Shown here: positions 1 through 8,105 of the stretch, piece by piece | How positions within the stretch are numbered: the stretch's first letter is position 1 | Layout of the letters: every line of letters begins with the position of its first letter | Origin: a virus | Direction: 5' to 3' (one strand) | Virus genome (UHGV): UHGV-0464415 | DNA: 36,930 nt | The notes under the pieces: model-generated | What the model saw: the letters and a program-made list of their open reading frames with translations, nothing else | What the model was told of the DNA's origin: nothing | Databases searched by the model: none | Translations under genes and position numbers: made by a program

Positions 1-336
1 CAACCCAGAAAGCCAAGGAAGCATCAGACAGCGCCACGGCAGCAGCAGGGAGTGCAGCCACTGCAAGCGAGAAGGAAGCAACGGCAACCCAGAAAGCCAA
101 GGAAGCATCAGACAGCGCCACGGCAGCAGCAGGGAGTGCAGCCACTGCAAGCGAGAAGGAAGCAACGGCAACCCAGAAAGCCAAGGAAGCATCAGACAGT
201 GCCACGGCGGCGGCAGGAAGCGCATCCATATCCAGTGAGAAGGCAGCTACAGCAACCCAGAAGGCAGGGGAGGCGGAGGCCAGTGCCACAGCGGCGGCCA
301 GGAGCGCAGAACAGGCAGAACAGGCAGCAGGGTGTG
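1..336 (+). repeat. 84-nt tandem repeat. Copies 1-84 and 85-168 are identical, 169-252 is diverged, 253-336 is degenerate. A further partial copy sits at the window end, 36908-36930.
   Basis: Direct comparison: unit caacccagaaagccaaggaagcatcagacagcgccacggcagcagcagggagtgcagccactgcaagcgagaaggaagcaacgg. Period 84 nt, a multiple of 3, giving 28-aa protein repeats. Confidence 0.9.
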
Positions 337-1037
337 ACGGTACAGCAAAATCCATATCAGCAACAGATACGAATGGAATTGGGAGCACCACGGTACAAGG
401 CCAACTGGATGCGCTCACGGCTCCTGTATTTGATGATACTGGAGTTGTAGCAGATATAACCGGTTTCCAGATATTTCTTGACAAATTGACCAGCGGAATG
501 AAAATAAGGGATTTTTTCAGGAATTTAAAAGCCGGTCTGAAATTTGTCCTACATACTGGGCAGTTAGTCAATAACGGTCTGTGCAATGAGCCGGGAAAAT
601 ACCCGCTGGACGCAGCATATGGAAGAACATTACTTGAGATGATTGGTAACACGGCGGACCTGCCTGGAGGAGCAGCGGATATAGTAAGTGCGATTGTCAC
701 TCAAAATAGCAATTTAGAGTCCAAGGCCAATGCTGATACAGTGTCTGGATTATCCGCAGACCTGAACAATGTAAAGGAATCCCTGAATCCACTCAAAACA
801 AGCCTTGTGGGAGACATTAACAATAATACCGCGGGAGTTGTCAACATAGTTGCGTGGGATTCCAATACGGCCAGCACCCCCAAGTCCACAGGAAACACTG
901 CGTACGGCAATGGATTCTGCCTTACGTACAGCCTTGGTGATCAGTGGCTATGCCAATTGGCAATGGCGGTTGGCGACCCTAACCTATATACCAGATATAG
1001 GCGTGAGGGCGTTTGGAGTGGCTGGACAACGAAATGA
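1..1037 (+). CDS. Tail fibre / receptor-binding protein, C-terminal portion. Frame 3 (codons from nt 3). This is the continuation of the ORF that runs off the window end at 36318..36930. Stop TGA at 1035-1037.
   Basis: Frame 3 is open from nt 3 to 1037; I translated 253-486 by hand with no stop. It encodes TQKAKEASDSATAAAGSAATASEKEA repeats and a tip ending GNGFCLTYSLGDQWLCQLAMAVGDPNLYTRYRREGVWSGWTTK. The listed ORF 486..1037 is the same frame from an internal Met. ORF 52..450 is an out-of-frame read of the repeats. Confidence 0.7.
   Translation, partial: TQKAKEASDSATAAAGSAATASEKEATATQKAKEASDSATAAAGSAATASEKEATATQKAKEASDSATAAAGSASISSEKAATATQKAGEAEASATAAARSAEQAEQAAGCDGTAKSISATDTNGIGSTTVQGQLDALTAPVFDDTGVVADITGFQIFLDKLTSGMKIRDFFRNLKAGLKFVLHTGQLVNNGLCNEPGKYPLDAAYGRTLLEMIGNTADLPGGAADIVSAIVTQNSNLESKANADTVSGLSADLNNVKESLNPLKTSLVGDINNNTAGVVNIVAWDSNTASTPKSTGNTAYGNGFCLTYSLGDQWLCQLAMAVGDPNLYTRYRREGVWSGWTTK
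704..715 (+). repeat. Core 12-mer AAATAGCAATTT (site F) inside the fibre gene. It encodes the NSNL of VTQNSNLESK. Putative recombination crossover site.
   Basis: Exact 12-mer also at 17590-17601 (same orientation) and as reverse complement at 1560-1571 and 18069-18080. The 14-mer AAATAGCAATTTAG is shared with the 18069 copy. Confidence 0.6.
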
Positions 1038-1042
1038 TTATT

Positions 1043-1615
1043 TTACGTGTTACTAATAATGGCACACCAATATACAGTTAACGCTGTCATGCTTGAAGGT
1101 AGTGTTATATCAATTATAAACGATGTTGCTGCTATTGATCGTACCCTGACTTGTGCGGCTGTGTTACTTGTCACAGGTTGTACTAAAACAATGGGAGCCT
1201 TCGAAAAAGATTTTCCAAAAGTTATAGTTTTCTGGGTCACACCTCCAGCCGTTAGCCCTGTATATGACACGGCACCAGAGGCTAAATCCGCGTTTGTGAT
1301 AACCCTTCGCCAATCAGACCATCCAGGGTATACTGTATCATTGCCATAATACCAACTACGGATATATGATGTTGTGTGTTTGTTGGTTATGATGTCAAGT
1401 TGCTGAAAGCAGAAGTCACTACCATTATTAACAACGCGCAAAAATGACCCATTAATGTCTGATACTGGAAAGGTACCAGTAGTGCCAAGCGAAGGAAACA
1501 ATTGAACTATACAATTTTTAAACAGATTATCTATATTATCTGTATATCTGTTTGCTCCAAAATTGCTATTTTCGATAATAACAGAGCTGTCAGAAAAACA
1601 GCAGAAAGAGAGGAA
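1043..1615 (-). CDS. Silent (start-less) alternative fibre C-terminal cassette 1 with an H-type lectin domain. Open from the upstream stop (1616-1618) to stop at 1043-1045. No ATG, no RBS; the only near-canonical start is a TTG at 1501.
   Basis: Minus-strand translation: ...VIIENSNFGANRYTDNIDNLFKNCIVQLFPSLGTTG...GSDFCFQQLDIITNKHTTSYIRSWYYGNDTVYPGWSDWRRV...ITFGKSFSKAPIVLVQPVTSNTAAQVRVRSIAATSFIIDITLPSSMTALTVYWCAI. The middle part is homologous to the expressed fibre tip (GNGFC..Q.L....YTRYRREGVWSGW). The C-terminal 60 aa fit the H-type lectin pattern (F..F...P.V......v.v.....GF.i.i......v.W.AI). Confidence 0.55.
   Translation of the reverse strand, partial: FLSFCCFSDSSVIIENSNFGANRYTDNIDNLFKNCIVQLFPSLGTTGTFPVSDINGSFLRVVNNGSDFCFQQLDIITNKHTTSYIRSWYYGNDTVYPGWSDWRRVITNADLASGAVSYTGLTAGGVTQKTITFGKSFSKAPIVLVQPVTSNTAAQVRVRSIAATSFIIDITLPSSMTALTVYWCAIISNT
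1560..1571 (-). repeat. Inverted copy of core 12-mer (site C1) at the 5' end of cassette 1. Encodes ENSNF.
   Basis: Plus strand reads AAATTGCTATTT, the reverse complement of AAATAGCAATTT. The 13-mer AAAATAGCAATTT is identical to fibre 703-715. Confidence 0.6.
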
Positions 1616-1617
1616 TT

Positions 1618-2112
1618 ATGAGATTTTTAGCAGCATTGAACAATATGAAAAAGGGTATCCCAATGAAACTGCCGTCCTGGGGTGGATATTGGTGCTGGGA
1701 TCCGGAGAAGGAAACAGTCGTTATGTACACAAAGGATAATCAGAGGCTTGATATCCGTGAGACACAAAGGGTGGAATATACATTGCAGAATGTGTTATCG
1801 GAGGATTGGATTCCGGCCAATGGAGAAAACACACCCATCCTGGGCGGCGTTGCCACATTTGGTTTTGGTGATGCTATTAAATACATGAAACGTGGATTGA
1901 AAGTTAAAAGACAGGGATGGAATGGAAAAAATCAGCACATTGAACTGGCAACCAGTATCAGCTATAAAAATGCAGAGGGCGAGATTGTAAACTGTATGCA
2001 TGATGCCATCGGAAATAAAGCCATTGCGTTTGTTGGCACGAGCGGCGTACAGATGGGATGGCTGGCAAGCCAGGCTGATATGCTGGCAGAGGACTGGATG
2101 TTTGTTGAGTAA
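1618..2112 (+). CDS. DUF2829 / Tad2-like protein, candidate anti-Thoeris sponge. 164 aa, apparently two half-repeats.
   Basis: RBS GAGAGGA 6 nt upstream of the ATG. Motif FGDAIKYMKRGLKVKRQGWNGKNQHIELA resembles the DUF2829 signature (A..aLK.GkkV.R.gWNGKg.fi). C-terminal DMLAEDWMFVE and N-terminal LSEDWIPANG look like duplicated DUF2829 ends. Recalled from memory, not searched. Confidence 0.45.
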   Translation: MRFLAALNNMKKGIPMKLPSWGGYWCWDPEKETVVMYTKDNQRLDIRETQRVEYTLQNVLSEDWIPANGENTPILGGVATFGFGDAIKYMKRGLKVKRQGWNGKNQHIELATSISYKNAEGEIVNCMHDAIGNKAIAFVGTSGVQMGWLASQADMLAEDWMFVE

Positions 2113-2163
2113 TATATTTTTGCTATTTAAAAAGAGAAAATGAAAGAAAGGAGGGGATACCTC

Positions 2164-2574
2164 ATGAATAAAAACATTATGGTTTTGAAAGATTCCACGG
2201 AAATCCCAATGGAGGATGGGTCGGATAAATATAGCATACATATAGTTGTCGAGGACCTGGCAACACTTGGGACATTGTGGGACAAACTCACAATGGATAA
2301 TCTGGCGGAGGTGAGTATTAAGAATACTGAAGGTGCTGAGATAGGGACCTACAAAGACATGGCCCTTTGCAGTCCGGCTTTTCGGTCGGTTGATAAGACC
2401 GAAGATGGAAGGATACAGGCCGCATTTGAGATCCGACAGAAAACGGAACTGGAACTTCTGAAAGAACAGATTGCCGCAATGAATGAAACCCTGAGTGTCC
2501 ATGACGGCGCGATTGGGGACATGGGCGCTGTCATAAGCGCCGTGGCAGAGGCACAGGAAGGGGGGACGGTATAA
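2164..2574 (+). CDS. Hypothetical protein, 136 aa. Accessory gene between fibre and lysis cassette.
   Basis: ORF 2140..2574. RBS AAAGGAGGGGA precedes the ATG at 2164. No recognisable motif. Confidence 0.45.
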   Translation: MNKNIMVLKDSTEIPMEDGSDKYSIHIVVEDLATLGTLWDKLTMDNLAEVSIKNTEGAEIGTYKDMALCSPAFRSVDKTEDGRIQAAFEIRQKTELELLKEQIAAMNETLSVHDGAIGDMGAVISAVAEAQEGGTV

Positions 2575-2687
2575 TGGGAAGGTATTATGGCATTAAAATC
2601 AGGGACAATATCATGACATTGGAACAGGTCCCAAGGCTTTGGAAGGCTATGGCAGAAAAATGGCTGGAATTGAATCCAGCGGTATAA
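2574..2687 (+). CDS. Small protein, 37 aa (MGRYYGIKIRDNIMTLEQVPRLWKAMAEKWLELNPAV). Possibly XkdX-like.
   Basis: ATG overlaps the previous stop (ATAATG). Too short for the ORF track. Its position before the holin is typical for small XkdX-type genes. The assignment is weak. Confidence 0.25.
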   Translation: MGRYYGIKIRDNIMTLEQVPRLWKAMAEKWLELNPAV

Positions 2688-2697
2688 GGGAGCATGG

Positions 2698-2967
2698 ATG
2701 TATATAAGTACCAACACAATCATAACGGCAGCCAGCGTAATCACGGCCCTGGTAGTGATATTCTCCGCTGTATTCGGAGTATACCGGTGGTACCTGAGAC
2801 AGAATATGCAGGATGAGGAGATTGAGCATATAAAAGCCGAACAATGTCTGCTTACATATGGGGTACTGGCTTGCCTGAAAGGTTTGAAAGAGCAGGGGTG
2901 CAATGGCCCTGTGACGGAGGCAATAAACAAGATTGAGAAGCATATCAACCAGCAGGCACATGAATAG
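2698..2967 (+). CDS. Small membrane protein, 89 aa, with an N-terminal TM helix then a coiled region. Lysis-associated (holin-like or XhlA-like).
   Basis: RBS AAGGGAG 6 nt upstream. Hydrophobic IITAASVITALVVIFSAVFGVY. Located immediately upstream of the holin. Confidence 0.4.
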   Translation: MYISTNTIITAASVITALVVIFSAVFGVYRWYLRQNMQDEEIEHIKAEQCLLTYGVLACLKGLKEQGCNGPVTEAINKIEKHINQQAHE

Positions 2968-2977
2968 GAGTGATGGA

Positions 2978-3214
2978 ATGAAAAAAATTGATTGGGCAAG
3001 GAAACTGACAAGCCGGAAGTTTTGGGCTGCTGTAGTAGGGTTTGTGACCCCTGTCATGATGGCATGTGGGGCAAGTGACAATCAGGCCACCCAGGTGGCA
3101 GGAATCATCATGGCTGGTGCTACCCTGATTGCGTACATAATCGGGGAGGGAATGACGGACGCAGCCGCAGTAGGAAAAGGAACCGAGGACGAGGAGCGGG
3201 TGGCTACCAAATAG
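2978..3214 (+). CDS. Holin, LL-H / phi-LC3-like family, 78 aa, two TM segments.
   Basis: RBS AGGAGTGA then ATG at 2978. MKKIDWARKLTSRKFWAAVVGFVTPVMMACG...VAGIIMAGATLIAYIIGEG matches the N-terminal pattern of LL-H-type holins. Sits directly upstream of the endolysin. Confidence 0.6.
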   Translation: MKKIDWARKLTSRKFWAAVVGFVTPVMMACGASDNQATQVAGIIMAGATLIAYIIGEGMTDAAAVGKGTEDEERVATK

Positions 3215-3302
3215 CCGGAGGTGGTCCAAAATCTAATAGGTACAACAAAACTGGAGGGGAGGCAGAGGTGCTTTCCCTTTTATGCTTACAGGAGGGATTG
3301 TA

Positions 3303-4274
3303 ATGATTGATAATGCATATGCGAGAGGACAGAAGCTATTGTGTGGGGATTACAGCCAGTATACGCCGACAGGAAAATCCTATTTCGTTAAAAAAGGAAG
3401 ATGGTTCACGGTACCCAAGAGAGGTGATATTGTCTATTTCTATTACTCTTCCTTGGGAAGGGTAGGACATGTGGCCGGAGCCGTGGTGGTCGAAGCAGAC
3501 TATAAAAAAGAAACATTCAAATTCACAAGTGTGGAAGGAAATACATCTGGGAATGCAGGGGACCGAAACGGAGGGTGTGTTGCCAGGCATACATATGAAG
3601 CGTCCTTTGATGATGTAGGCGGCACAAAGAAGATTAATGGATTCGGACGGCCGATCTACAGCATGGATACCTGCACAGAAGATGAATTTATAGCCGTACT
3701 CAAAGGGGAATTGGGTTACATCGAAAAAGCAAGCAATAAAAATCTGGATAGTAAGACCGGGAACCCGGGATATAACAATTATACAAAGTACGGGAAATGG
3801 TATGGATGTACCCCTGCATATTGGTGCCAACAGTTCATTTCCTGGTGCGCGTATGAAGCCTGCCGGTTGCGCATGGAGAAATCAAAGACCGGCTGGGAAA
3901 AGCAGGAAGATGGAACCTGGAAATACCTGCGGTATGGAACATATATCAGGGATGAATGGGAACTGATTAATACGGTAGCTGGCCCACAGTGGTTTGTCTT
4001 TGATGGCACAGGACGAATGACAACCGGGTGGTTCGGAAGTGATGATGAAGGATGGTACTACATGAACCCGGATGACGGTGCCATGTTGGCTGGACAGTGG
4101 TTTGAGGTAGCACACAAATGGTACTATGCAACCAAGACCGGGGAAACGGCAAAGAACGTGTACGTCAAATCAACAACACCAGGGATATATTGCTGGGTGA
4201 ACGGAAACGGGGAGTGGGAAAAACAGTGGGATACAACAATGCCAGATCTGCAAACCTATGGATTGGCAGAATAG
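3303..4274 (+). CDS. Endolysin: N-terminal CHAP / NlpC-P60-type peptidoglycan hydrolase plus C-terminal cell-wall-binding (choline-binding-like) repeats.
   Basis: RBS ACAGGAGGG 6 nt before ATG 3303. Cys...His arrangement (LLCGDYSQY ... GDIVYFYY..GRVGHVAGAVVVEADY ... EGNTSGNAG). Repeats GWFGSDDEGWYYMNPDDGAMLAGQWFEVAHKWYYATKTGE. Confidence 0.75.
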   Translation: MIDNAYARGQKLLCGDYSQYTPTGKSYFVKKGRWFTVPKRGDIVYFYYSSLGRVGHVAGAVVVEADYKKETFKFTSVEGNTSGNAGDRNGGCVARHTYEASFDDVGGTKKINGFGRPIYSMDTCTEDEFIAVLKGELGYIEKASNKNLDSKTGNPGYNNYTKYGKWYGCTPAYWCQQFISWCAYEACRLRMEKSKTGWEKQEDGTWKYLRYGTYIRDEWELINTVAGPQWFVFDGTGRMTTGWFGSDDEGWYYMNPDDGAMLAGQWFEVAHKWYYATKTGETAKNVYVKSTTPGIYCWVNGNGEWEKQWDTTMPDLQTYGLAE

Positions 4275-4283
4275 GAGGTAGGC

Positions 4284-4655
4284 ATGACCGTAGGTGAATT
4301 GATTGAAAGAATCATAATGCTCAGAGGCAGGCAGTATGACGAGGATATCATGGTGGGATGGCTGAACGAGATTGAAGGACAGGTGGTTGATGATGTGGTG
4401 AACCGGGCAGAGGGATATGATATGGTGTTTAAGCCATTGTCATATGCACAGGACACGGAAAGGCAGCTGACCATCCCGGAACGGTTCCAGGACGCGTATA
4501 TCAATTACATGCTGTCCAAGATTGACTACCATAACCAGGAAACGGAACGCTATAACAATGATGTGGTCATGTATAACAGTGCATATGATGCGTATGCGGC
4601 CTGGTTCCGGCGCACACATAAGCCGAAACGAGGGGCCATGTTCTCAAAATTCTAG
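4284..4655 (+). CDS. Putative head-tail connector / adaptor (gp6-like), 123 aa.
   Basis: RBS AGGAGGTAGG. N-terminal LIERIIMLRGRQYDEDIMVGWLNEIEGQVVDDV resembles the gp6-like connector motif (LR...D.D..i...i.aA). The assignment is weak. Confidence 0.35.
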   Translation: MTVGELIERIIMLRGRQYDEDIMVGWLNEIEGQVVDDVVNRAEGYDMVFKPLSYAQDTERQLTIPERFQDAYINYMLSKIDYHNQETERYNNDVVMYNSAYDAYAAWFRRTHKPKRGAMFSKF

Positions 4656-4664
4656 GAGGAAGCC

Positions 4665-6233
4665 ATGGGGAGATTACCATATCTGACAATTGCGCCCAAG
4701 GAAACCAGCCGCCAAATAGGGAATTTCATGGGGCTGAACAAAGGGACTGTCATAAATGAAAATGAGTTTTCAGACATGAGGAACATGTCATCCATCATGT
4801 TCCCGGCCATCATGACCAGGAAACCAAGGGGGAAGATACTGAAGGAGTTATCGAAACCTCATGGCCTATTCTACAAAAATGGACTGGCCTATGTGGACGG
4901 GACGAAGATGTACTATAAGGATAAGGAGATTGCCACCGTATCCGATACAGACAAGATAATCGTGGGGATGGGAGCCTATATGGTTGTCTTTCCAGATAAG
5001 TTCATGTACAACACCTCGAATGGGGAGAAAAAGGAACTGGAATCCACATGGAAGCAGTCGACATCCGCCACATTTGCACAAACAACAGCCGGATCAACCA
5101 TGGTTAAAATCAGCTGCACAGGAATAGGAAAACAGTTCAGCCAGTTCGATGGGGTGAAGATAGACGGGTGTACAAACAGCAGTTTCAATAAATCCACAAC
5201 AATACAGGAGATTGCGGATGATTACATCATCATCATAGGGGATTTATCTGCGGGTTTCACGCAGGCCAGCGGCCTTACCATTACCAGGACGGTACCAGAC
5301 ATGGATTATGTATGCGAAAGCGAGAACCGCCTGTGGGGATGCTCCAGCGAAGCGCATGAAATATACGCAAGCAAGCTGGGAGACCCGTGTAACTGGCAGG
5401 CATTTGAAGGTATCAGCACGGATTCCTACTCGGTGACGGTTGGGAGTGACGGGGATTTCACGGGATGCCTGTCCCACCTTGGATACATCCTGTTTTTCAA
5501 GGAAGATACCATACACAAGATATTCGGGAATAAGCCGAGCAACTATCAGGTGACCACATCCACCCCTATGAGGGGGATTGCAGAGGGGTGCCAGAAAACA
5601 GCCTGCATCGTAAATGAAACCCTGATGTATGTCAGCCGGAATGGCATATGCAGCTATGACGGTGCACAACCGGAGGCCGTGGCAGAGGCGCTGGAGCCAT
5701 TAGGATTCGTGGAAGGGGCAGCCGGGCAGTATGATGGGAAGTATTATGCGTCACTGAAGGACCGGAACGGGAAATGGGGGCTTTATGTATATGACATGGT
5801 TAAAAGGATATGGGATAAGGAGGATGACCTGCACCTGCTACACATGGCATATGGGGCAGGGGAACTGTACTGCATAGACGATAACGGGGCATTATACACC
5901 ATATCCGGTGACCGGGAGGAACTGATAGAATGGATGCTGGAAAGCGGGGATATGCTGGATGGGACGATAGAATACAAACATCTTAAAAGGTTGCTGTTTA
6001 ATGTACAGATGCCGACGGGGTCCGAATTGGACATCTTCCTGCAATATGACGACCAGGAAGGATGGGAAAAGCTTAACACATATACGGCCAGGTCATCCAG
6101 GACCCTTACATTGACGGTCATACCGCGCAGATGTACGAAGTACCGTTATAGGATTGAAGGGAAGGGACCGGCAACCCTTATAGCCATGGGCAAATACATA
6201 GGATATGGGAGTGAGATTCATGGCAACATTTAA
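4665..6233 (+). CDS. Virion structural protein, 522 aa, beta-rich. Candidate tail knob or nozzle.
   Basis: RBS GGAGGAAG. No recognised motif. Placed between the adaptor-like gene and the tail spikes. Confidence 0.35.
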   Translation: MGRLPYLTIAPKETSRQIGNFMGLNKGTVINENEFSDMRNMSSIMFPAIMTRKPRGKILKELSKPHGLFYKNGLAYVDGTKMYYKDKEIATVSDTDKIIVGMGAYMVVFPDKFMYNTSNGEKKELESTWKQSTSATFAQTTAGSTMVKISCTGIGKQFSQFDGVKIDGCTNSSFNKSTTIQEIADDYIIIIGDLSAGFTQASGLTITRTVPDMDYVCESENRLWGCSSEAHEIYASKLGDPCNWQAFEGISTDSYSVTVGSDGDFTGCLSHLGYILFFKEDTIHKIFGNKPSNYQVTTSTPMRGIAEGCQKTACIVNETLMYVSRNGICSYDGAQPEAVAEALEPLGFVEGAAGQYDGKYYASLKDRNGKWGLYVYDMVKRIWDKEDDLHLLHMAYGAGELYCIDDNGALYTISGDREELIEWMLESGDMLDGTIEYKHLKRLLFNVQMPTGSELDIFLQYDDQEGWEKLNTYTARSSRTLTLTVIPRRCTKYRYRIEGKGPATLIAMGKYIGYGSEIHGNI

Positions 6234-7194
6234 ACCCCTGATCCTGGACAGGGACCAGGACATAAAAAAATTGATGACCCAGCTATACAGATTCAGCGAG
6301 GACCTGAAGACCACGTTTTCCAGCCTCGAACTGGAGGACAACTTAAGCAAAGAAACCCTGGATGTACTTCGAAAAAGGGGGGATAGGGTTAAGAAACTGT
6401 ATTTTGACACAGATAAATTACAGATAAGTTTTGATGATTATGGTTCGGACGTACATACAAGCCTTACCCAGTTAGAGGACAGCATAAAGCTACTGGTATC
6501 CAAGGGAAAAGTAGTGGAAACCATGCTTTCACGGATGGAACTGTATGGGGAGAGCATAAGGCTGAAGACCGGACAGGTGGTGATACAGGCCAACAACATG
6601 ACGCTGAATAAGCTTGGGGATGCAAACTTTTCAGGAAAGATCATCGGTAGTTCCATCAATATTAATGGCAGGTTCATCGTATACCCGAATGGGGACTGCT
6701 ATATAGATGATTCGCTTACCACGGAAACATTGAATCCGAGCAACGGAATCTATGCGGCGGAACTGGAGGTATACAACGACAATGAATACATCAACCAGAT
6801 AACCGGTAGATGCAGTTCAGGAAGCCTGTGGATCACAACACGGCTGCTTTGCAGACGTGTCAGGTATTCATCGGATAGACGGCTGAAAAAGGACATAACC
6901 AGCATACCGGATGATACAGCTGCGGATGTCGTTGGGAAACTGAGGCCGATTATATTCACGCATAAGAGTGGGGAACGTGCAGTCGGATATAAGGCACAGG
7001 ACCTGTATAGGATTCAGGAGGATGAGGATATAGGGATGCCGCTGGTGTACAGGAAAGGCAGGTATCTCAGGCTTCCATACGCAAATTATGGTTCGCTATA
7101 TGCGGGTGCCATACAGAACAATCAGAAGCGGATAGAAAGGCTTAAGGAAAGGATAGGAGGTTTGGAATGTCATATTTCAGCATGCCAGCCATAG
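6220..7194 (+). CDS. Tail spike / fibre protein with a C-terminal S74 intramolecular chaperone (endosialidase-chaperone) domain.
   Basis: SDRRLKKDITSIPDDTAADVVGKLRPIIFTHKSGERAVGYKAQDLYRI...LYAGAIQNNQKRIERLKERI matches the S74 chaperone signature (SD.RLK..I). Start chosen at ATG 6220 (RBS GGGAGTGAG); the ORF track gives 6205. Confidence 0.7.
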   Translation: MATFKPLILDRDQDIKKLMTQLYRFSEDLKTTFSSLELEDNLSKETLDVLRKRGDRVKKLYFDTDKLQISFDDYGSDVHTSLTQLEDSIKLLVSKGKVVETMLSRMELYGESIRLKTGQVVIQANNMTLNKLGDANFSGKIIGSSININGRFIVYPNGDCYIDDSLTTETLNPSNGIYAAELEVYNDNEYINQITGRCSSGSLWITTRLLCRRVRYSSDRRLKKDITSIPDDTAADVVGKLRPIIFTHKSGERAVGYKAQDLYRIQEDEDIGMPLVYRKGRYLRLPYANYGSLYAGAIQNNQKRIERLKERIGGLECHISACQP

Positions 7195-8105
7195 GCGGAC
7201 AGGATATCAAGAAGGTGTACAACTATATACGGCTGCTGAATGAGCAGCTGAAATACTGCTTCACCAGCATATCGCCGGAAGATAATTTTGACCTGGAATC
7301 CCTGATAAAATACCAGGAGACAGAAACAAACATTGCCCAGCTGGAAGTGACAATGGAAGGTTTCATATCCCAGTTCAAGAACCTAAAGACGGACGTTGAG
7401 AGCAGCATAAAGGTCCTGAATGGGCAGATTGCACTGAAAGTAAGCGTGGGGGAACTGTGTTCGGAGATATCGGCTACAACTGATGCGATTACATTCAGGA
7501 CAGGTTACCTGATTATAGACAGCAAGAATTTTAAACTGTATGCGGACGGGACAGCTGAGTTCTCTGGGAAAATCACAGGAGGCTCAATTGACATCAATGG
7601 AAGGTTTACGGTTGACCCATCAGGGATAGTGCATATTGATTCCACCACATTCTCACGGCAGATTACAACAAATGGACCGCTGTATACCAATTATATGAGG
7701 ATTGGAGGGGATGCATCGATAGAGGGGGAAGTATCCTGCACAAGTATGCATGTATCAGGTGATGTGACATGCGAAACCCTCACAGAAACATCCGATGTAC
7801 GATTAAAGCATGATATACAGGAAATACCGGATGAGACATCCTTGAGGGTGGTGCTTGGAATGCGCCCTGTAACATATGCCTATAAGGACTCTGATGTACG
7901 GTCCATGGGATACATAGCACAGGATATTGACAGGCTGTTGGAGGACTTGGACATAGACCTTCCCCTGGTCGACCATACCGGGGACTACCTGTCAATACCA
8001 TACGGGACTGATGGTGTCCTATATGCCGGGGCTATCCGGCAGCAGCAGAAAGAATTGGACGATTTGGAAAATAGGATAAGGAAATTGGAGGAAATAGCAG
8101 CATGA
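7167..8105 (+). CDS. Second tail spike / fibre protein with a C-terminal S74 intramolecular chaperone domain. Paralogue of 6220..7194.
   Basis: TSDVRLKHDIQEIPDETSLRVVLGMRPVTYAYKDSDVRSMGYIAQDIDRL...LYAGAIRQQQKELDDLENRIRKLEE. Shares the GKI(T/I)GGSI(D/N)INGRF(T/I)V(D/Y)P(S/N)G block with the upstream paralogue. RBS AGGAGG. Confidence 0.7.
   Translation: MSYFSMPAIGGQDIKKVYNYIRLLNEQLKYCFTSISPEDNFDLESLIKYQETETNIAQLEVTMEGFISQFKNLKTDVESSIKVLNGQIALKVSVGELCSEISATTDAITFRTGYLIIDSKNFKLYADGTAEFSGKITGGSIDINGRFTVDPSGIVHIDSTTFSRQITTNGPLYTNYMRIGGDASIEGEVSCTSMHVSGDVTCETLTETSDVRLKHDIQEIPDETSLRVVLGMRPVTYAYKDSDVRSMGYIAQDIDRLLEDLDIDLPLVDHTGDYLSIPYGTDGVLYAGAIRQQQKELDDLENRIRKLEEIAA

Noticed and set aside
52-450. 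ORF encoding QPRKPRKHQTAPRQQQGVQPLQARRKQ repeats
   Set aside because: Out-of-frame translation of the 84-nt tandem repeat. Frame 3 continues uninterrupted from the window-end fibre ORF to the stop at 1037 and gives a typical A/T/S/K/E fibre repeat.
1043-1615. Diversity-generating retroelement as the explanation for the variable fibre tip and nearby repeat
   Set aside because: No reverse transcriptase gene anywhere in the window, and no template/variable repeat pair with adenine-specific differences. The repeats are exact 12-mers in inverted orientation, which fits site-specific inversion rather than a DGR.
1795-3081. Minus-strand ORFs of 235, 220 and 144 aa overlapping the Tad2-like, holin-region and neighbouring genes
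   Set aside because: All are antisense to + strand genes that have good RBSs and recognisable motifs.
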